Positions 61,826 through 64,000 of a stretch of DNA of 64,000 nucleotides are shown here, in pieces. The DNA is from Eubacteriales bacterium. Lineage in GTDB: Bacteria; Bacillota; Clostridia; Oscillospirales; CAG-272. Numbering within the stretch: the stretch's first letter is position 1; the number at the start of each line of letters is the position of its first letter. The stretch lies in assembly GCA_045659905.1 (NCBI GenBank), contig JAZRCT010000012.1:47538-111537 (forward strand), given 5' to 3'. The notes under the pieces were generated by a model, which searched no databases, was not told the DNA's origin, and saw nothing but the letters and a program-made list of their open reading frames with translations. A program made the translations under genes and the position numbers.

Positions 61826-61919
61826 GGCTCGCTCGCTTTGTGAAGCTCAACTCGCAATCGGGGGTTCCGTCCCCCTCCGTCGGCTGGGGCGGTCTTGTCC
61901 GCCCCCGTCCCCCCGCTTT
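61826..61919. repeat. 94-bp GC-rich direct repeat, copy 2
   Basis: Matches 60306-60399 at offset 1520. Confidence 0.95.
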
Positions 61920-61992
61920 TTTCGCTCTCTGTGCCTCGTTCACCGCTTCCCTAGTGTTGTTGCACCTCTGAGCTTTAAATGTAAGACCAAGG

Positions 61993-62180
61993 GGGCGCAG
62001 GCGGTTTTCACCTCACCTCGTGAAGCTCAGCTTGCGACCTGCGTCCGCAACCCTCGCTCTCTCGGAGTATCCCCCCACTGCGCCCGGGGGTGAAGCTCTG
62101 CGGAGCTTTTCGCACTGCGGTGCAAGGTTAGCCCCCTCCCGTCCCCCGTGGGGGAAGCGTGGCTCGAGAGTATCCGAGGC
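61993..62180. other. Branched GC-rich hairpin region, candidate single-strand origin
   Basis: GGCGCAGG/CCTGCGTC, CTCGGA/TCCGAG, TCCCCCCAC/GTGGGGGA, AAGCTC-TGCG-GAGCTT, GCAC-TGCG-GTGC. Confidence 0.5.
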
Positions 62181-62206
62181 TTCCTCTGTCCTTGCTTTGG
62201 CAAAAT

Positions 62207-62398
62207 AAAAAAGCTCCCGAAGATGCAAGAAGTGAAGAGCATCTATGAGAGCTTATGCGATATAACCCAGTCGCGCGCAAGTTCCGCCATCGCAAGCGGT
62301 AGGCATGGGCTTCGGCAGTCCGTACACGAAAGACAGCTCAACGGTAAACTCCTTTCGCATTAACCGAAGGCGACTGGTGACGGTTACTCCGTCGCCAC
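62207..62398 (-). ncRNA. Candidate ~190-nt structured RNA
   Basis: Lies between a consensus promoter (62405-62433) and an intrinsic terminator (62207-62254); multiple nested helices. Confidence 0.6.
62243..62341 (-). CDS. Possible 32-aa Cys-rich peptide
   Basis: GAAAGGAG RBS, 7 nt spacer, TTG start; MSCLSCTDCRSPCLPLAMAELARDWVISHKLS. Confidence 0.35.
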   Translation of the reverse strand: MSCLSCTDCRSPCLPLAMAELARDWVISHKLS

Positions 62399-62404
62399 GA
62401 TTAA

Positions 62405-62433
62405 ATCATAGCACAGCTGCGGAGCTTTGTCAA
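62405..62433 (-). promoter_or_regulatory. sigma-A promoter inside the element
   Basis: TTGACA-17-TATGAT with extended TG. Confidence 0.8.
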
Positions 62434-62623
62434 GGCGAAAATGAAAAATTTCTTCTTTTTGCTTGAAAAAGCTTTGTTCTGCCCTCCGCCCCCACAATCC
62501 AATTAACCGGTGCTACCTTACAAAATTAATTTTGTTGTATGGTTGCTTTGGCAACTATGCTTCTGCCCCTCCCGCTTTAGATGCAATCGTTGCTCACTAC
62601 CGAAAGCAGTCATACAAAAAATG

Positions 62624-62649
62624 CGATTTTGTATAATTGGATTGTGTTT
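62624..62649. repeat. attR 26-bp direct repeat
   Basis: Identical to 59647-59672. Confidence 0.9.
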
Positions 62650-62804
62650 TCTAGCTTGTCTGCCCTATAATACGCCTTATGACAAATTCATTAAATTTGT
62701 TCCTTTAAGCGCTTTCAATTTAATTAAAAATAAATTGGAATATACTTGAAATATCGCCCCATATATGATATAATGTATACAACATATTTATGGAGGATAT
62801 TCAA

Positions 62805-63227
62805 ATGAGAATCAGAGTACTTACTTATACTTCAAAGGGAAAGCTTCTTGCAATCGCAGATGAGGTAACAAAGCTTCTTGATGCAGACAAAGCAACCGAC
62901 GTAATTCCCCCCGCATATCCCTGCGATGGCGAAAGACTTGTCGTAATCGTAGCTTCGGCTAAGAATTCTTATCCCGAAAGCGTACAGAGAACTCTCCGCT
63001 CTTTCAAGAGAAGCGTTACTCACAACGTAGCATTTATCATTGACGGTACAGAAGAGAGCGCAAAATCTATCGTAGAAATGGCAAAGACCAACGATTCGCA
63101 CGTTATAGAGGACAAGATTCTTTATATCAAGGGCGGTCTTCCCTTCAAGTTTATGAAGAAGGTTTCTGCCGAAGAAATGGCAGCCGTTAACGAATGGGTT
63201 AAGGAAGTTAAGGCAGCAATGGTTTAA
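62805..63227 (+). CDS. Flavodoxin-like fold hypothetical protein
   Basis: YTSKGK...IAD, alpha/beta pattern, terminal ..W.K; GGAGG RBS; TTGAAA-17-TATAAT at 62746-62774. Confidence 0.65.
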   Translation: MRIRVLTYTSKGKLLAIADEVTKLLDADKATDVIPPAYPCDGERLVVIVASAKNSYPESVQRTLRSFKRSVTHNVAFIIDGTEESAKSIVEMAKTNDSHVIEDKILYIKGGLPFKFMKKVSAEEMAAVNEWVKEVKAAMV

Positions 63228-63249
63228 TTCCCTGCTCTTTCTTCTCATT

Positions 63250-63295
63250 AATATAAAAACGAGTAAGCACAAAAATGCTTACTCGTTTTTATATT
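63250..63295. terminator. Bidirectional terminator
   Basis: AATATAAAAACGAGTAAGCA-6nt-TGCTTACTCGTTTTTATATT. Confidence 0.85.
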
Positions 63296-63299
63296 GAAA

Positions 63300-64000
63300 C
63301 TATTTTACGAATTCATAATAAATAGCCTTGAGTGCCGGAATGTAGTCGTTGGAATCTACGCCGACGATGATATTAAGTTCACAAGAGCCCTGGTCTATCA
63401 TTCTGATATTTACGCCTGCCTTGGCTAAAGCGTTAAATATTCTCGCAGCAGTTCCCTTCGCTTTTACCATACCTCGTCCAACGACTGCGATAAGTGCGAG
63501 ATTTTCTTCAACGAAGATATTTTCCGGATTTACAGCCTTGCATATATCAGCCATTATGTCAGCACGCTTCGCCGTAAGCTCTTTTGAGTGAACTACTACG
63601 GAAAGCGTATCGATACCCGAGGGCAGATGCTCGAATACAAGACCGTTTTCCTCGATAGCCTGAAGAACTCTTCTGCCGAAGCCGAGCTCTGCGTTCATCA
63701 TATCCTTTTCGACGGTGATGGTGGAAAAGCCGACCTTGCCCGCAATACCTGTTATTACAACGTCGCTGATTTCGTCGGATTCGTGAACGATAAACGTTCC
63801 CTTGTCCTCAGGACGGTTGGTATTTTTAATATTTATCGGAATTTTTGAATATCTCACGGGGAAAATAGCATCCTCGTGAAGAACGGTAGCACCCATATAT
63901 GAAAGCTCTCGCAATTCCTTGTAAGTAATTACGTCGATTACTCTCGGATTGCTTATGCATCTCGGGTCTGCCATAAGGAAGCCTGAAACGTCGGTCCAGT
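63300..64000 (-). CDS. lysC: Aspartate kinase, C-terminal part (5' end outside window)
   Basis: WTDVSGFLMADPR, ELSYMGATVLH, two ACT domains. Confidence 0.93.
   Translation of the reverse strand, partial: WTDVSGFLMADPRCISNPRVIDVITYKELRELSYMGATVLHEDAIFPVRYSKIPINIKNTNRPEDKGTFIVHESDEISDVVITGIAGKVGFSTITVEKDMMNAELGFGRRVLQAIEENGLVFEHLPSGIDTLSVVVHSKELTAKRADIMADICKAVNPENIFVEENLALIAVVGRGMVKAKGTAARIFNALAKAGVNIRMIDQGSCELNIIVGVDSNDYIPALKAIYYEFVK

Larger units (their letters stand above)
59647..62649. mobile_element. ~3.0-kb integrated rolling-circle element (Rep_2 + tyrosine recombinase)
   Basis: 26-bp terminal direct repeats, Rep_2 gene, dso hairpin, recombinase, GC-rich hairpins unlike the flanking DNA. 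Confidence 0.9.

Noticed and set aside
60286-62363. Short ORFs 60286..60480, 61677..62093, 62013..62228, 62020..62208, 62027..62242, 62148..62363
   Set aside because: Open frames in GC-rich repeats and hairpins. The shared peptide ARSLCEAQLAIGGS simply reflects the 94-bp DNA repeat.
62207-62398. 6S RNA, SRP RNA, tmRNA or a known ribozyme
   Set aside because: No SRP GGAA-tetraloop helix, tRNA-like ends or recognisable ribozyme core by eye; an Rfam search is still needed.
59647-62649. Complete inovirus prophage, or a sporulation-gene-interrupting (skin-like) element next to spoIIID
   Set aside because: No Zot/pI ATPase or coat genes; spoIIID is intact and ~350 bp away, and the rebuilt empty site is intergenic.

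Overview
Chromosomal segment of a spore-forming Clostridia-class bacterium (Oscillospirales/Ruminococcaceae-like; inferred from gene content, not from a database search). About 59 kb is housekeeping and sporulation DNA: a Crp/Fnr-regulated NitT/TauT ABC transporter, cdaA, recJ-rel-dtd-hemZ, yabM-hup-yabOPQ, a complete glycogen operon, glnS, rpmG-secE-nusG-rplK-rplA, tRNA-Arg/His, clpC, a SleC-type cortex hydrolase locus, prs, lgt, folD, rpsU, uxuAB, pdaA, dacF, pgi, spoIIID and a partial lysC. The most unusual part is a ~3.0 kb integrated element at 59647-62649. It is bounded by 26-bp direct repeats at a palindromic 11-6-11 dif-like site. It encodes a pMV158-family (Rep_2) rolling-circle initiator with a canonical TACTACGAC nick hairpin, a catalytic-domain-only tyrosine recombinase, a 98-aa orphan, and a ~190-nt structured transcript with its own promoter and terminator that hides a 32-aa CxxCxxCxxxC ORF. 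An inverted copy of the att site inside the element lets single-stranded attP fold into a ~154-nt hairpin, as in the Vibrio CTX phage. This suggests a CTX/TLC-like IMEX or inovirus satellite in Clostridia (inference). Secondary findings: a 36-aa transmembrane-only mini-CdaR coupled to cdaA, and a SleC gene split at its maturation site. All alignments and folds were done by eye.
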